Assembly (NCBI GenBank): GCA_964462875.1
Contig: CAYWZQ010000003.1
Location: 64,189 to 128,188, forward strand
Reading direction: 5' to 3'
DNA from: an uncultured Nitrososphaerota archaeon
GTDB lineage: Archaea; Thermoproteota; Methanomethylicia; Culexarchaeales; Culexmicrobiaceae
DNA: 64,000 nucleotides
Position 1 is the stretch's first letter; each line of letters opens with the position of its first letter. Below, piece after piece: positions 38,477 through 48,559 of this stretch. The notes below the pieces were generated by a model. That model saw only the letters and a list, made by a program, of their open reading frames with translations, ran no database searches and was not told the origin of the DNA. A program made the position numbers and the translations under genes.

Positions 38477-40033
38477 ATGGATGGTAATAAGCGTGAATTC
38501 GAGAACTTCACTGAGAAGCATGAGCTGATCAGGGGGCTTGGGCTCCCCAGTCTATTTGCTATTGGATATGCTGATGTTGGTGCAGACATATATATTGCAC
38601 TTGGAGTAACGGCGCTCTATGCTGCTGGCGGTACACCCCTAGTATTCCTTATAGGCTCAATACTATACACCTGCATTGGCCTGGCATATGCTGAGCTAGC
38701 CTCAACTTATCCATATGCTGGCGGTGCCTCTGTTTATGCGATGATGGCCATAAATGACTTAGCGGGCTTCTTGGCTGGCTGGATGGTCATGCTAGACTAC
38801 GTAATAGATATTGCGCTATTCTCAGTTGCAGCTGCAGGATACTTGGGCTTCATCCATCCATGGCTTATAGAGTCTAGGATTCAGCTTCCAATGAATATTT
38901 CAATTTCCATGATAGGTATAGTTTCAATTTTGATAATAATTGCCTTAATAGCCATAAATTACATTGGAATTAAGCCCTCAGCTCTCTTCACATCAATGCT
39001 CGTGGCACTAAATTTAGTTGTTTTAACCTCAGTTATAGCTGTCAGCTTCCTAACCTCCTGGAGCTATAGTAATTTCATAAGTAATCTCTGTGATATTGGA
39101 AGCGAGTTCTTCGAGGATGAAGTGAGCTATACTGGCCTACTAAATCCCAAGATAGAGGACCTCCTTTATGGACTCACACTTGCAATGTCCTCATTCATAG
39201 GTATAGAGTCGATTGCTCAAGCAGCTGAGGAAGCTAAGAACCCGAGGAGAGATATTCCTAGGGCATCTGCGCTATCCGTTATTATGGTTGTAGCCTCAGT
39301 TTTGAGTTGCTCAGTTCTCGGACTTGGAGTTCTTGGATGGAGGGGGCTTGCTGAAGCGCAGTTTAATCCTATAGCAGCAATAGCTGAGAAAATTCCTGTT
39401 ATAGGTGATTACATAGCTGTGCTAGTTGCAATTGTTGCTTTTGCTGTGACTGTTGCTTCAACAAATACTGGCGTCATAGGTGTTTCGAGACTAGTATTTT
39501 CAATGGGCAAGTTTCTCGTGCTACCTAAGTGGTTTTACCAAGTGCATCCAAAGTATAGAACTCCAACTAGAAGCATATTGCTCTTCTCACTCATTGCAAT
39601 TGCAATAGTAGTGCTAGGATCATTGCAGCCAAATATTTTGGTGTTCATATCAAGCCTATACAACTTTGGAGCGCTCCTATCCTACGTAATAGTGCTCCTA
39701 TCACTAATAATACTGAGAAACATTGATAGAAGTGCATGTAAGCCATATAAGGTGCCTGGAGCAGTGAAATTGAGAATTAATGGTAGAGCTATTGAGTTGC
39801 CATTAATTGGAGCTATAGGTGTAATTGGAGTGCTAATAATGTGGCTATTAGTGGTGATTTATCATGCCGCAGCCAGAGTGCTTGGCTTTCTATGGATAAT
39901 AACTGGGCTAATAGTGTACTCAATTTATAGGAGGAAAATTAAATTGAAGGTTATGGCGAAGTTTGGTAGGGAGCTTATGGGAGTGAAAATCATGAACAAC
40001 CCTGCTCCTAATAGCATCAGCGGTTCACGTTAA
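38477..40033 (+). CDS. APC-family amino acid/polyamine permease
   Basis: 518 aa with about 12 TM helices and APC-like N-terminal helices ('GLPSLFAIGYADVGADIYIALG'). Confidence 0.65.
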   Translation: MDGNKREFENFTEKHELIRGLGLPSLFAIGYADVGADIYIALGVTALYAAGGTPLVFLIGSILYTCIGLAYAELASTYPYAGGASVYAMMAINDLAGFLAGWMVMLDYVIDIALFSVAAAGYLGFIHPWLIESRIQLPMNISISMIGIVSILIIIALIAINYIGIKPSALFTSMLVALNLVVLTSVIAVSFLTSWSYSNFISNLCDIGSEFFEDEVSYTGLLNPKIEDLLYGLTLAMSSFIGIESIAQAAEEAKNPRRDIPRASALSVIMVVASVLSCSVLGLGVLGWRGLAEAQFNPIAAIAEKIPVIGDYIAVLVAIVAFAVTVASTNTGVIGVSRLVFSMGKFLVLPKWFYQVHPKYRTPTRSILLFSLIAIAIVVLGSLQPNILVFISSLYNFGALLSYVIVLLSLIILRNIDRSACKPYKVPGAVKLRINGRAIELPLIGAIGVIGVLIMWLLVVIYHAAARVLGFLWIITGLIVYSIYRRKIKLKVMAKFGRELMGVKIMNNPAPNSISGSR

Positions 40034-40066
40034 ATCTTAAATCAAGAACCTTTAGATTAGAGTTTA

Positions 40067-41140
40067 GTGATTGAAATGAAGATTAGGGCATTAACTATTC
40101 ACATGGACCCATTAGCCATTAAGAGTAAGCTTGATGTTTTCCTGGAGAAGCTGGTTTCAAGCATAATTGAGGAATCCCGTGAAATGGGCTTGGAAGTATG
40201 GACGATAAGATTAGCTATTACACCGCAAACCCTAGATAATGCAAGGGCACTTGCAGATAAACTTGAGAAATTGGTTCCAAGTGAAGTGAAATATATTACA
40301 ATACCTTTAAAAGTGCATGTTAATGATTCACCGCAAACCATTTATGAGCTGATAGCGGGAAACAAGAGAATATTTGCTTCAATTACAGGTGAATTAGTCG
40401 AACTTATGAAATTCAAAGACCTACTACTTTATATTAGAGAGAAGCAAAATTATGAGCTATTCATTAAAATAGCCTTCTCAATACCTCACCATATCATTAC
40501 ACCCTACTTTCCATCAGCAACTGCAGTTGAAGGTGAATATGGGATTTCAGCATCCCTACTCTATATCAATGACCTAGCAAATGCAAGCTTCATTGAAAGT
40601 GAAGTGGTTAAATGCCATAGCAATGCAAATCAATTGCTGAATCGTATTTCAAGTAAATTAAAAGTGAGAAATTATGGAGTTGACCTATCACTATCACCAT
40701 GGATGGATCAGAGTGTAGCTAGGCTAATTGAGGATTTTGGGAAAATAAAATTTAATGCACCTGGGACTCATCATGCAATATATGAGTTAAATAATGAAAT
40801 TATAAAGGTAATTGTAAATCATGAATTGAATGTAACTGGATTTAATGAGATAATGCTACCCTATGCTGAGGATAATAGATTAATGGAGTTGGGTGCTAGG
40901 GGAGAGTTAACAGTATATGACCTAATTTCCTATGCATCAGTATGCGTAGCTGGAGTAGACCTACCAGTAATTCCAAATATGAATGGAAACGATGTTGAGA
41001 AATTAATTGAAGACATGTATTCAGTGTTGAATGTTAAAAATAGGTTTTCAGGAATAAGGCTAGTATTAACTGATTTAGAGCCAGGTGAAATTGCTGATCT
41101 AGGATTTATTGGTAGAGTGCCGGTAATGAAGTTAAAATAG
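40067..41140 (+). CDS. UPF0210/DUF711-family protein
   Basis: The N-terminus 'MKIRALTIHMD' (compare 'IRTITMGI') and C-terminus 'SVCVAGVDLPVIPNMNGNDVEKLIEDM...IRLVLTDLEPGEIADLGFIGRVPVM' follow the UPF0210 pattern. Confidence 0.5.
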   Translation: MIEMKIRALTIHMDPLAIKSKLDVFLEKLVSSIIEESREMGLEVWTIRLAITPQTLDNARALADKLEKLVPSEVKYITIPLKVHVNDSPQTIYELIAGNKRIFASITGELVELMKFKDLLLYIREKQNYELFIKIAFSIPHHIITPYFPSATAVEGEYGISASLLYINDLANASFIESEVVKCHSNANQLLNRISSKLKVRNYGVDLSLSPWMDQSVARLIEDFGKIKFNAPGTHHAIYELNNEIIKVIVNHELNVTGFNEIMLPYAEDNRLMELGARGELTVYDLISYASVCVAGVDLPVIPNMNGNDVEKLIEDMYSVLNVKNRFSGIRLVLTDLEPGEIADLGFIGRVPVMKLK

Positions 41141-41186
41141 TATTTGACCACTCATTGCCCACTTTCAACATTAAAAATCTATCTAA

Positions 41187-41573
41187 ATGAACAGTGAAAT
41201 TAGTGCTGGAGGTGAAATTATGGGTGAGGAGAAAAGAAGAGGAGATATTGAGGATTTAAGGGCGGTTTTCTCAGCAATAACTGATTTCGTTAGGGAGATC
41301 AGGGAGCCAGTGATAGATCTGGTTAAATCGTTGATGGAGGCAGTTAGTGGAAAGGAATTGGGTGAAGATATAGCCGTTTTCTATAAAAAGTTGAGGGAAA
41401 GTGGAATGCCTGATGATAAGGCTATGGAGCTGACTAGAAATTACTTAGAGACAAGGCTCAGTGTGTTGAGAGAATTAGGTTCAATGCTCTCAAAGTTCTC
41501 TACAAGAGAGGAATTCAGACATCATAAAATTGGGAAGAAAGCAGAGAAGACTGAGGAGAAAGAGGGAGATTGA
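41187..41573 (+). CDS. hypothetical acidic protein
   Basis: 128 aa with no motif. Confidence 0.3.
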   Translation: MNSEISAGGEIMGEEKRRGDIEDLRAVFSAITDFVREIREPVIDLVKSLMEAVSGKELGEDIAVFYKKLRESGMPDDKAMELTRNYLETRLSVLRELGSMLSKFSTREEFRHHKIGKKAEKTEEKEGD

Positions 41574-41634
41574 ATAGGTCAGTAAGACTACAATTAAATA
41601 GTTATCCTTCAACATATTTTGTGAAGTGATTTAA

Positions 41635-42075
41635 TTGAAAAATAGGGCTAATAGATTAGAGGAGCTGGAATTCCTCTTAAAATTAATTTTAATGAAGCTT
41701 GAGAAAATAGAGCAACTATTATCAAGTCTAGATTCTGAGGATGTTGAGTCAATTAAAATTGCAAATAGATTGATACTTGCATTTTCAATGCCAGCATTAA
41801 AGGCAATTGAGGCAGCAATGAAAATAAGAAGTTTAATTGGGAAAAGAACGTTGGACGATATTTCGAGAACAATACTAGAAGTTTTGGCAGTTAAAGATGG
41901 AATTTCAATTTCAGAGTTAACTAGGAGGATTAGGGAGGTTAGGGGGAGAGCTTCGAGAAGAATTATTAGTGAAAGACTTAAGCTCTTGGAGAAGGAGGGG
42001 TTAATAGTAGTTGAAAGGAGGGGGTCTAGAGCAATTATTAGGTTAAGTGAAGATCATGGCGGGGATGCAAATTGA
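41635..42075 (+). CDS. putative winged-helix transcriptional regulator
   Basis: C-terminal wHTH 'RTILEVLAVKDGISISELTRRIREVRGRASRRIISERLKLLEKEGLIVVERRGSRAI'. Confidence 0.4.
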   Translation: MKNRANRLEELEFLLKLILMKLEKIEQLLSSLDSEDVESIKIANRLILAFSMPALKAIEAAMKIRSLIGKRTLDDISRTILEVLAVKDGISISELTRRIREVRGRASRRIISERLKLLEKEGLIVVERRGSRAIIRLSEDHGGDAN

Positions 42076-42323
42076 TCAAATTAATGCTTAGAGCAGTATT
42101 CAACATATTATACTTAATAATATTGACTGCATCATTCTATTTGAAATTGAAATTATGGTTCATAATTAAGAGGAAAAGCTGGATGAATGATTTTAAGAAG
42201 CAATTAAGACTGAGCGGTATTAAAAGTGAGCATGTAAATGAATTAGCGGAAATCTATTACAAGTACTTATTGGAAGTAGAAAAAGATGCATTTCAAGTAT
42301 TGAGATTTATTGGCAAAAAATGA
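42072..42323 (+). CDS. small hypothetical membrane protein
   Basis: 83 aa with one TM helix, overlapping the upstream stop by 4 nt. Confidence 0.25.
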   Translation: MIKLMLRAVFNILYLIILTASFYLKLKLWFIIKRKSWMNDFKKQLRLSGIKSEHVNELAEIYYKYLLEVEKDAFQVLRFIGKK

Positions 42324-42461
42324 GTTGAATTATGGAGGTCCCCTATCAGTTATTATGGGCCTGATCATTTGCATTATTGGGGCCCTCCACATCATGGTTG
42401 ATCACCTCCATTATTCTCACTTTTTCTATTCTAATAATATGAGAACAAGTATATAAGTCTT

Positions 42462-42476
42462 TCTCATATTTGCATA
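42462..42476. promoter_or_regulatory. perfect 7-1-7 palindrome TTTGCAT-A-ATGCAAA about 80 bp upstream of the HTH gene
   Basis: Read directly at about 42462-42476 ('tttgcataatgcaaa'). Candidate operator. Coordinates are approximate. Confidence 0.3.
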
Positions 42477-42557
42477 ATGCAAAAATGAGAAATATTTATA
42501 TATCCATTGAAGCTCTTAATTACGTGATTATTCGGCTAAAATTAGAGGTGGATAGTA

Positions 42558-42950
42558 TTGCAGAATAGAAGACAAAAATATACTTTAAACATTAGGCATG
42601 AGCATAAGGTAGTTGAGGTCATATTTGGCAGTTCATCAATGAGTTTTAAGCATATAAAGCCCATACTAAGCCAGTTGAAGAGCTATATTATTGAGGGATA
42701 TCAAATCAAGTTTAAAGGTTATCTAACACGTGAAAGCAGCGAGTTAAGGGCCTTCATGTTCGCATTATCTCTGTTTGGATTTGAAAACAGAATTGTCTTT
42801 GAAAATAAGTCTAGATATAGCAAGGCTGATAGGAGGAGGAAGCGTAAACTCGCCTATGAATTGAGGAATAAAGGTTATAGTGTCAGGGAGATATCTGAGG
42901 AGCTAAATGTCCCCTTGAAAACTGTTTATAGGTGGCTTAAGGGTAAGTAG
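42558..42950 (+). CDS. hypothetical protein with C-terminal resolvase/transposase-type HTH
   Basis: 'KLAYELRNKGYSVREISEELNVPLKTVYRWLKGK' is a typical HTH_7/HTH_23-like motif. The N-terminal 90 aa are unknown. Confidence 0.4.
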   Translation: MQNRRQKYTLNIRHEHKVVEVIFGSSSMSFKHIKPILSQLKSYIIEGYQIKFKGYLTRESSELRAFMFALSLFGFENRIVFENKSRYSKADRRRKRKLAYELRNKGYSVREISEELNVPLKTVYRWLKGK

Positions 42951-43015
42951 CTATCCATCTCCTTATCGCGTCAAATGTTAAATATGCGTTTTAAGCAAAT
43001 TGCATTCAGTGATTA

Positions 43016-43933
43016 TTGGGGGTTGTTGTGGTGAAGCTTAGAACTAATGTTGATAGGCTAGTTAAGGTTTCAGTTATAGGTGAAGTTTCAAGCCCAATAT
43101 TCCCGCCAACACCATATAAAATATCTGCTTTCGGCGAGCCAGTAGTTTTGCCTGGAGTTGGAGGAATAAGATATAATGTTAGGGTTGGCGATCCAGCAGT
43201 TGGATGGATGGCAGATCACGTTGAGCCCGGAGTTAGCATTAAGAACTTCACAACCTATCCGGACATTAGAACTGCAACTCCAAACTATGCACTGAATGTT
43301 CTGTCATGCATTGGAAATGAAGCAGTAGTTGTTAGTGGAGATGCGAAGGGAAGTAAGGGTGTGGTTATTGGTAAGCATGGTGGAATAGAGCATGTAATGG
43401 TGGACTTTCCTCCGGAGGTACTTGATAAGCTCGTTATTGGAGATAAAGTGCTAGTGAAAGCATTTGGCTTAGGACTCAGGTTGCTAGATTATCCTGAAAT
43501 TAAAGTTATGAATATAGATCCAAGTCTACTTGAAAAAATGGATATAAAACCAGTGGGAGATAAGTTGGAAGTACCTGTAACTCACCTAATTCCAGCTGCA
43601 ATTATGGGTTCAGGCTTAGGTGCAAATAATGTGTATCGCGGTGATTATGATATTCAGCTATTTGATGAAGAGACGAGGAGAAAATACCACTTGGACGACT
43701 TGAGGCTTGGAGATATAGTTGCAATTATAGATGCAGACCATAGCTATGGGAGAATTTATAGGAAGGGTGCAATTTCAATTGGAGTAGTTGTTCATACGGA
43801 CTGTGTAACTGCTGGCCATGGTCCAGGGGTTACGACAATAATGACTTCCAGTACAGGTAAAATTGTTCCAAGAATAGAGCCTAAAGCAAATATAGCGTAT
43901 TATCTCAATTTAAGGCCAGATATTTTTAAGTGA
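43016..43933 (+). CDS. conserved hypothetical beta-rich protein
   Basis: 305 aa, Gly/Val-rich, with no catalytic motif recognised. Confidence 0.35.
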   Translation: MGVVVVKLRTNVDRLVKVSVIGEVSSPIFPPTPYKISAFGEPVVLPGVGGIRYNVRVGDPAVGWMADHVEPGVSIKNFTTYPDIRTATPNYALNVLSCIGNEAVVVSGDAKGSKGVVIGKHGGIEHVMVDFPPEVLDKLVIGDKVLVKAFGLGLRLLDYPEIKVMNIDPSLLEKMDIKPVGDKLEVPVTHLIPAAIMGSGLGANNVYRGDYDIQLFDEETRRKYHLDDLRLGDIVAIIDADHSYGRIYRKGAISIGVVVHTDCVTAGHGPGVTTIMTSSTGKIVPRIEPKANIAYYLNLRPDIFK

Positions 43934-44046
43934 CTAGTAAAATTAGCTTAAACTCCAATTTTAATATTTCAATCATTGATTATAGTGTTAAAGACCTGAT
44001 GACAGTAATCAGTTAAAATTTAAGGGCTCACCATAAATTACTATTT

Positions 44047-44955
44047 GTGATAGAATTGAATGAGGAAATTGTCGAGTACTTTTTGAAGGCTGGTGCAGCA
44101 GTTAAGAAGGCTAAGGTTTGGGCTAAAACTGCTGTTCGCGCAGGAGTGAAGTTGCTTGATATATGTGAGGGAGTGGAGAAGCTAATTGAGAGAACTGGTT
44201 GTAGGCCTGCATTTCCATGCAATGTATGCATTGATGAAATAGCTGCCCACTATACTCCCCCATCAAAGAGCATAAAAACCATTCCCGAGGGCTCTTTAGT
44301 GAAAGTTGATATTGGAGCGCACTATAATGGGTATATTGCAGATTCAGCCATAACGGTAAGCATTGGAAGCGAGCATGAAGAAATGATAGTCGCTGTTCAG
44401 GAAGCACTGGACAATGTGGTTAAGGAGCTGGAGCCAAATATGAGAATTTCCAAGATAAGCGGTATAATTGAGAAGACCATTAAATACTATGGTTATAAGC
44501 CGATAGTCAACTTGGCGGGTCATCAATTAGCCCATTATAAGGTGCACACTGGATACATTATACCAAATGTTAGGTCCATTAGAAACGTGCTCAATAAACT
44601 CGTGCCAGGAAATGCATATGCTATAGAGCCATTTGCAACAACAAGGAAGGGTGCAGGTGAAGTTGTCGGTAAGAGAGGTGGAAACATACTTAAACTTGTA
44701 AGTGAAAAGCCACCTAAAATGGGTGCAGCTAGAAGCCTATTCCTGGAAATACAAAGGAAATATCGAACCCTACCATTCACTAAGAGGTGGTTTGAGCGCG
44801 AGGGTGATCCCAAGTTTGAAAGGGCTTTCCGATATTTAATGGAGAAGGGGTTCATGAGTGAATATCCCATGATGATTGAAATTAAGGGTGAACCAGTAGC
44901 CCAAGCAGAACACACAGTTCTAGTTATGGAAAAAGAAGTTATAGTACTTACATGA
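44047..44955 (+). CDS. map: methionine aminopeptidase, type 2 (archaeal MetAP, M24A)
   Basis: 'RPAFPCNVCIDEIAAHYTPP', 'VKVDIGAHYNGYIADSAITV', 'IVNLAGHQLAHYKVH' and 'IEPFATT' are present. The C-terminal inserted helical subdomain is typical of type 2 enzymes. Start is GTG/TTG. Confidence 0.85.
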   Translation: MIELNEEIVEYFLKAGAAVKKAKVWAKTAVRAGVKLLDICEGVEKLIERTGCRPAFPCNVCIDEIAAHYTPPSKSIKTIPEGSLVKVDIGAHYNGYIADSAITVSIGSEHEEMIVAVQEALDNVVKELEPNMRISKISGIIEKTIKYYGYKPIVNLAGHQLAHYKVHTGYIIPNVRSIRNVLNKLVPGNAYAIEPFATTRKGAGEVVGKRGGNILKLVSEKPPKMGAARSLFLEIQRKYRTLPFTKRWFEREGDPKFERAFRYLMEKGFMSEYPMMIEIKGEPVAQAEHTVLVMEKEVIVLT

Positions 44956-45088
44956 ATTGAATTAAAGAAAGCAGTTTTAAAGTTACAATATAATGGAAAA
45001 TAACTATGCTCACAGGCGGGAACTGTTTAGTTTCCAAAATTTAAATGTTTTCATGATAAGTATTAGCAAGAAGATGTACTGTATTGAT

Positions 45089-46002
45089 TAGAAGTGGAAA
45101 ATTCAGATCATAGGTGCTCTCACCTTAGCATCAATCATAGCTTCCATAATAATTGCTTCAACACTAATCCTTGGAGTACCTATAGAAGACGCTTTCTTAG
45201 CACAGCAAATTATGATGAAGGGCAAGTTAACTGGATTTATAAAAATTAGGATAACACCCATAGTGAATGGAAGTGAATATTATGGCCCTTTACTGATAGC
45301 AATACACAATTTTACAGGTGAACGTAAATCAGGATTATCAGAAAGATTAATTCTCGATAAATCTGCAATATTTCCGCGGCAATTCATATTCAAAGTAAAT
45401 AGAATACCAATTTCCGTCATTAAAGGTAAGATTATTTATAAGCCACATGAATTCTTTATTCAAAAACCGACAGTGGATGGTATGAAGCTGGCTCTTCACC
45501 AGCCGATTCTGTTGGTTATGACTATGTGGAAGTTTCTAATGGTGATGCAAGATGCGTTAAAGGTTGGATATGCTTTAAGTGTGAGAGATGGTATATATCT
45601 AATTTTCAAGGAGTTGACGGAGAGCATTATGATTATGAATATTATATCATGACACCAATAGAAATACGTGGTATAGAACCTGAGAATCGAGTAACTTGCA
45701 ATGAATGTGGAAGCTGGCCACCACCAACTTATGCTACTGAGGAAACAACTTCTAAAAGAACAGTTTATTTTGGATCTGGAGACAACTATGGATGGACTGT
45801 AAAATCAGTAACATTATCATTTACCTTCTCTATAGGGCCAGTAACTAGTACTTTTTCAATAACGTTATATAGGAAAACTTCTGATTCTCCTCCATTCATA
45901 GAAATTAATGTCAATAACTGGCAAGCAAGCAAATATTATTGGTGGTATGAAGATGATGATAAGAATAAGTATGTAGTGTATTTAACATGGAGTCAATCTT
46001 AA
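45089..46002 (+). pseudogene. membrane-anchored Cys-containing protein, apparently frameshifted and without canonical start
   Basis: Two overlapping track ORFs (45212..45652 and 45526..46002). The first frame extends upstream as the TM segment 'KWKIQIIGALTLASIIASIIIASTLILGV' with no ATG/GTG/TTG before it. The second frame extends upstream to about 45451 ('ILYSKTDSGWYEASSPADSVGYDYVEV...') and carries CxxC...CxxC 'CVKGWICFKC...CNEC'. The frame switch is near 45440-45470. Confidence 0.3.
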
Positions 46003-47040
46003 TTTTCTCTTTCTAATAAAATTGACCAGATCTATTAATGATGGGTGAATAGCCTTTTTATTTGAAATATAATATGCTGCAACTGCATTTGCAATTAGCA
46101 ATCTTTCTTCAAAATTGAAGTTGCAGCCCCAACCATAAATATTGCCAGCATTCCAAGCATCGCCAGCACCAGTACTTCTCAAAACTTCAACTTTAAATGA
46201 AGGTACCATTACACCATCACCATCAATAAATGATGCTGAGAAATTAGCTGTATGCAAATCAATTCTAACTGGAATGCTTAATGAAATTTTTCTTGCTAAA
46301 TCAATTAAATCGCCACTGAATTTTACGTTCATGGATTTCGCTAACTGCACTAATTCATTTTCATTTAAGCTTAATGCATCAAGTAAACCTCTCCTCAAAA
46401 TTCTCTCAATAAGCTCCTTCAACTCCTCTCTCTTAGCTGTTGGATCCCCTAAATCCATGTAAGTACGTCCGCATCCACACTCCTTAACGTAACTGAAAGC
46501 TTTCTCTGCAAGTTCAGTTCCATAGTCATTAGCGTTCCAAGTAAATATTGCAGTGAAATCTGCAGATGCAATTTCCTCTAAATCATCTTCACTTAAATCC
46601 TCAAATCTAAAGCTCTTAACTGGCCCGGGATTACTCATCATTATGTTAACTCTCCTACCACTAAACTCGACTTCCAAAGCTAGCGTAACTGCCTGATCAT
46701 CAACTACCTTCACGTGGCTCAAGTCAACTCTTGGAGCATACACCTCGAGGAACTTCAACCCTATAATGCTAGTCTTTGTTATCAACTTAACATCTACACC
46801 TAGATTGCTAATGGCAGCTGCAAAATTAGCTGCACATCCTCCCCTCAAGAAGTAGTGCTTGCACTTGAAAATGTTACCTCCACCTCTCTTAGCAACTTCC
46901 CTCATCTCTTCAATTAAGTTCTCTAAGCTTGATGGGTAGACTAGGAAGTGATCTATGAAAAAGTCAGGTAAAGCTACAACTTTAAATTTAACTTTGGATG
47001 CTCTAATCTTACTAGCTAGCTCAGCTAAATTCACGTTCAA
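45982..47040 (-). CDS. PfkB-family carbohydrate/nucleoside kinase (ribokinase-like)
   Basis: C-terminal signature 'RSTGAGDAWNAGNIYGW' (DTxGAGD) and N-terminal 'LPDFFIDHFL'. Confidence 0.7.
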   Translation of the reverse strand: MNVNLAELASKIRASKVKFKVVALPDFFIDHFLVYPSSLENLIEEMREVAKRGGGNIFKCKHYFLRGGCAANFAAAISNLGVDVKLITKTSIIGLKFLEVYAPRVDLSHVKVVDDQAVTLALEVEFSGRRVNIMMSNPGPVKSFRFEDLSEDDLEEIASADFTAIFTWNANDYGTELAEKAFSYVKECGCGRTYMDLGDPTAKREELKELIERILRRGLLDALSLNENELVQLAKSMNVKFSGDLIDLARKISLSIPVRIDLHTANFSASFIDGDGVMVPSFKVEVLRSTGAGDAWNAGNIYGWGCNFNFEERLLIANAVAAYYISNKKAIHPSLIDLVNFIRKRKLRLTPC

Positions 47041-47441
47041 CTCTTAATCCACGCTCCATAAGCTCTACCCAGCCTATTTAGTGCTAACTGAAACTCCCTA
47101 CTTAGAAAGTACTTTCCCTCATCAGCTCTATAGCTTAGGAAGCCCATTGGAACTAGGAATTCCGAAATAACCCTGTAAGCCAAGCTCTTCTTGTTTCTCC
47201 CTAACCTCTCAATTATTAAGCTCGACATTTCACTGCTGCTTATCCACATTGGCCTCCTACCCTTAGCTTTAGCTATGTACTTCACGCCCTCAAGTATCAC
47301 TAGGGCAGCACGCCTATACTCCTTAACTCCAGAGAACACTACATCTAGAATTTCATTTAACCTCATATTACTTCTAATCTCACTGGTCTTAAAGTACATG
47401 AATCCTCTTCTTCTCCTTCTCTCACTAAGCTTTCTGGGCAT
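47037..47441 (-). CDS. hypothetical basic protein (possible DNA-binding)
   Basis: 134 aa with a 4-nt overlap to the kinase gene. Confidence 0.35.
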   Translation of the reverse strand: MPRKLSERRRRRGFMYFKTSEIRSNMRLNEILDVVFSGVKEYRRAALVILEGVKYIAKAKGRRPMWISSSEMSSLIIERLGRNKKSLAYRVISEFLVPMGFLSYRADEGKYFLSREFQLALNRLGRAYGAWIKS

Positions 47442-47488
47442 ACCAGTAACTACCTATACCTTAATTTGGGATAAGTGCTTTTAGTAAT

Positions 47489-48142
47489 GTGAAAATTGGC
47501 GGTGAAGTGAAGTTGAGCGATTATTATCAGGAGATTCTTAATAAGCTCTATGAGTTCATAAGAGTGAAGGGGAGGGCTTCATTTGAGGAGCTGCTTAGGT
47601 GGGCTGGGAAGCATGAAGTGGGCACTATGACTTTAAGTATAGCCCTAAATGACTTGATGGAGTCGGGGAAGATAAGAGCTATTGGCGAACTTTTTGAGCC
47701 GGAAGATCTTTTAGTTGCATATCCAGTTCCCAGGATGGTTGAATCGGTTTCTGAAGAAGCTGAAGAGATCGAGGAAAGAGTTGAAGCAGCTAGGGAGAAA
47801 GTGGAGAAGCGCATTGAAGAAGCACCAACTGAATTTGGGGAGCTCTCAAGTTCAGTTGAAGTTAAAGCTAAAGTAGTTGAGGAGGAGCCGGGTGCTAAGG
47901 ATAGAATGAGGATTACTGAGGATGATTTGAATAAAGCAATTGAGTACCTTAATGATTATTGGAGTGTTGGTGTAATTAGGTTCATGCAAGACTTAAAGCT
48001 ACTTGGGGTTTCCAAGCCTGATGCAGTTTTGAGAAAGCTTATTGAGCTCGGATATGTAAATTACTCTCCAATGGGAGTGGTAAATGCCACTGATAAATTG
48101 CCGAAAATACGGAGGCCTAGAAAATTAATTGAGTTTGTTTAG
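47489..48142 (+). CDS. hypothetical protein with N- and C-terminal winged-helix-like domains and acidic middle
   Basis: 'YQEILNKLYEFIRVKGRASFEELLRW' and 'LKLLGVSKPDAVLRKLIELGYVNY' flank an E-rich linker. Confidence 0.35.
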   Translation: MKIGGEVKLSDYYQEILNKLYEFIRVKGRASFEELLRWAGKHEVGTMTLSIALNDLMESGKIRAIGELFEPEDLLVAYPVPRMVESVSEEAEEIEERVEAAREKVEKRIEEAPTEFGELSSSVEVKAKVVEEEPGAKDRMRITEDDLNKAIEYLNDYWSVGVIRFMQDLKLLGVSKPDAVLRKLIELGYVNYSPMGVVNATDKLPKIRRPRKLIEFV

Positions 48143-48486
48143 CCTGCAGCTGCAGGCTTGTAAATTGCTAATCTCCTATTCTTAGCTATTAATACTAGGT
48201 CTCCTTTACGGGCCATTTCCTCGAGTAAATCCTTTGCTACGCTGAGTCTCAAATTAAACTTTAAGGCCACAGCTGATGGAGTTATGCAAGGCATCTTAAG
48301 TATTTCCTGTCTCAGCTGCTCGATTGAGTCTTCTGATATAATTATGTCCCTAACAGCCTTCTCAATAACCTCCCCTCTTCTCCTACCAGGTCTTCTACCT
48401 TCAGCTCTCATTTGAGCAAGCTTCTGCTGCTTTTCAATTTGGCTAATAGTTCTACCATGCTTACCACCCACAACTACCACCTCCAA
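48139..48486 (-). CDS. rps25e: 30S ribosomal protein S25e (eS25)
   Basis: 'CITPSAVALKFNLRLSVAKDLLEEMARKGDLVLIAKNRRLAIYKP' matches the eS25 winged-helix C-terminus, with a basic N-terminal tail. Confidence 0.65.
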   Translation of the reverse strand: MEVVVVGGKHGRTISQIEKQQKLAQMRAEGRRPGRRRGEVIEKAVRDIIISEDSIEQLRQEILKMPCITPSAVALKFNLRLSVAKDLLEEMARKGDLVLIAKNRRLAIYKPAAAG

Positions 48487-48559
48487 GGGTGGGGTTGCGG
48501 GTTTAGCAGTTCAACTTAGATATGCGTCCTCAAAATTAAATATCTTTCCTACTCCCATG

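Noticed and set aside
42558-42950. IS element / transposase
   Set aside because: Only a 130-aa HTH protein is present. I found no DDE or serine-recombinase catalytic domain and no terminal inverted repeats.
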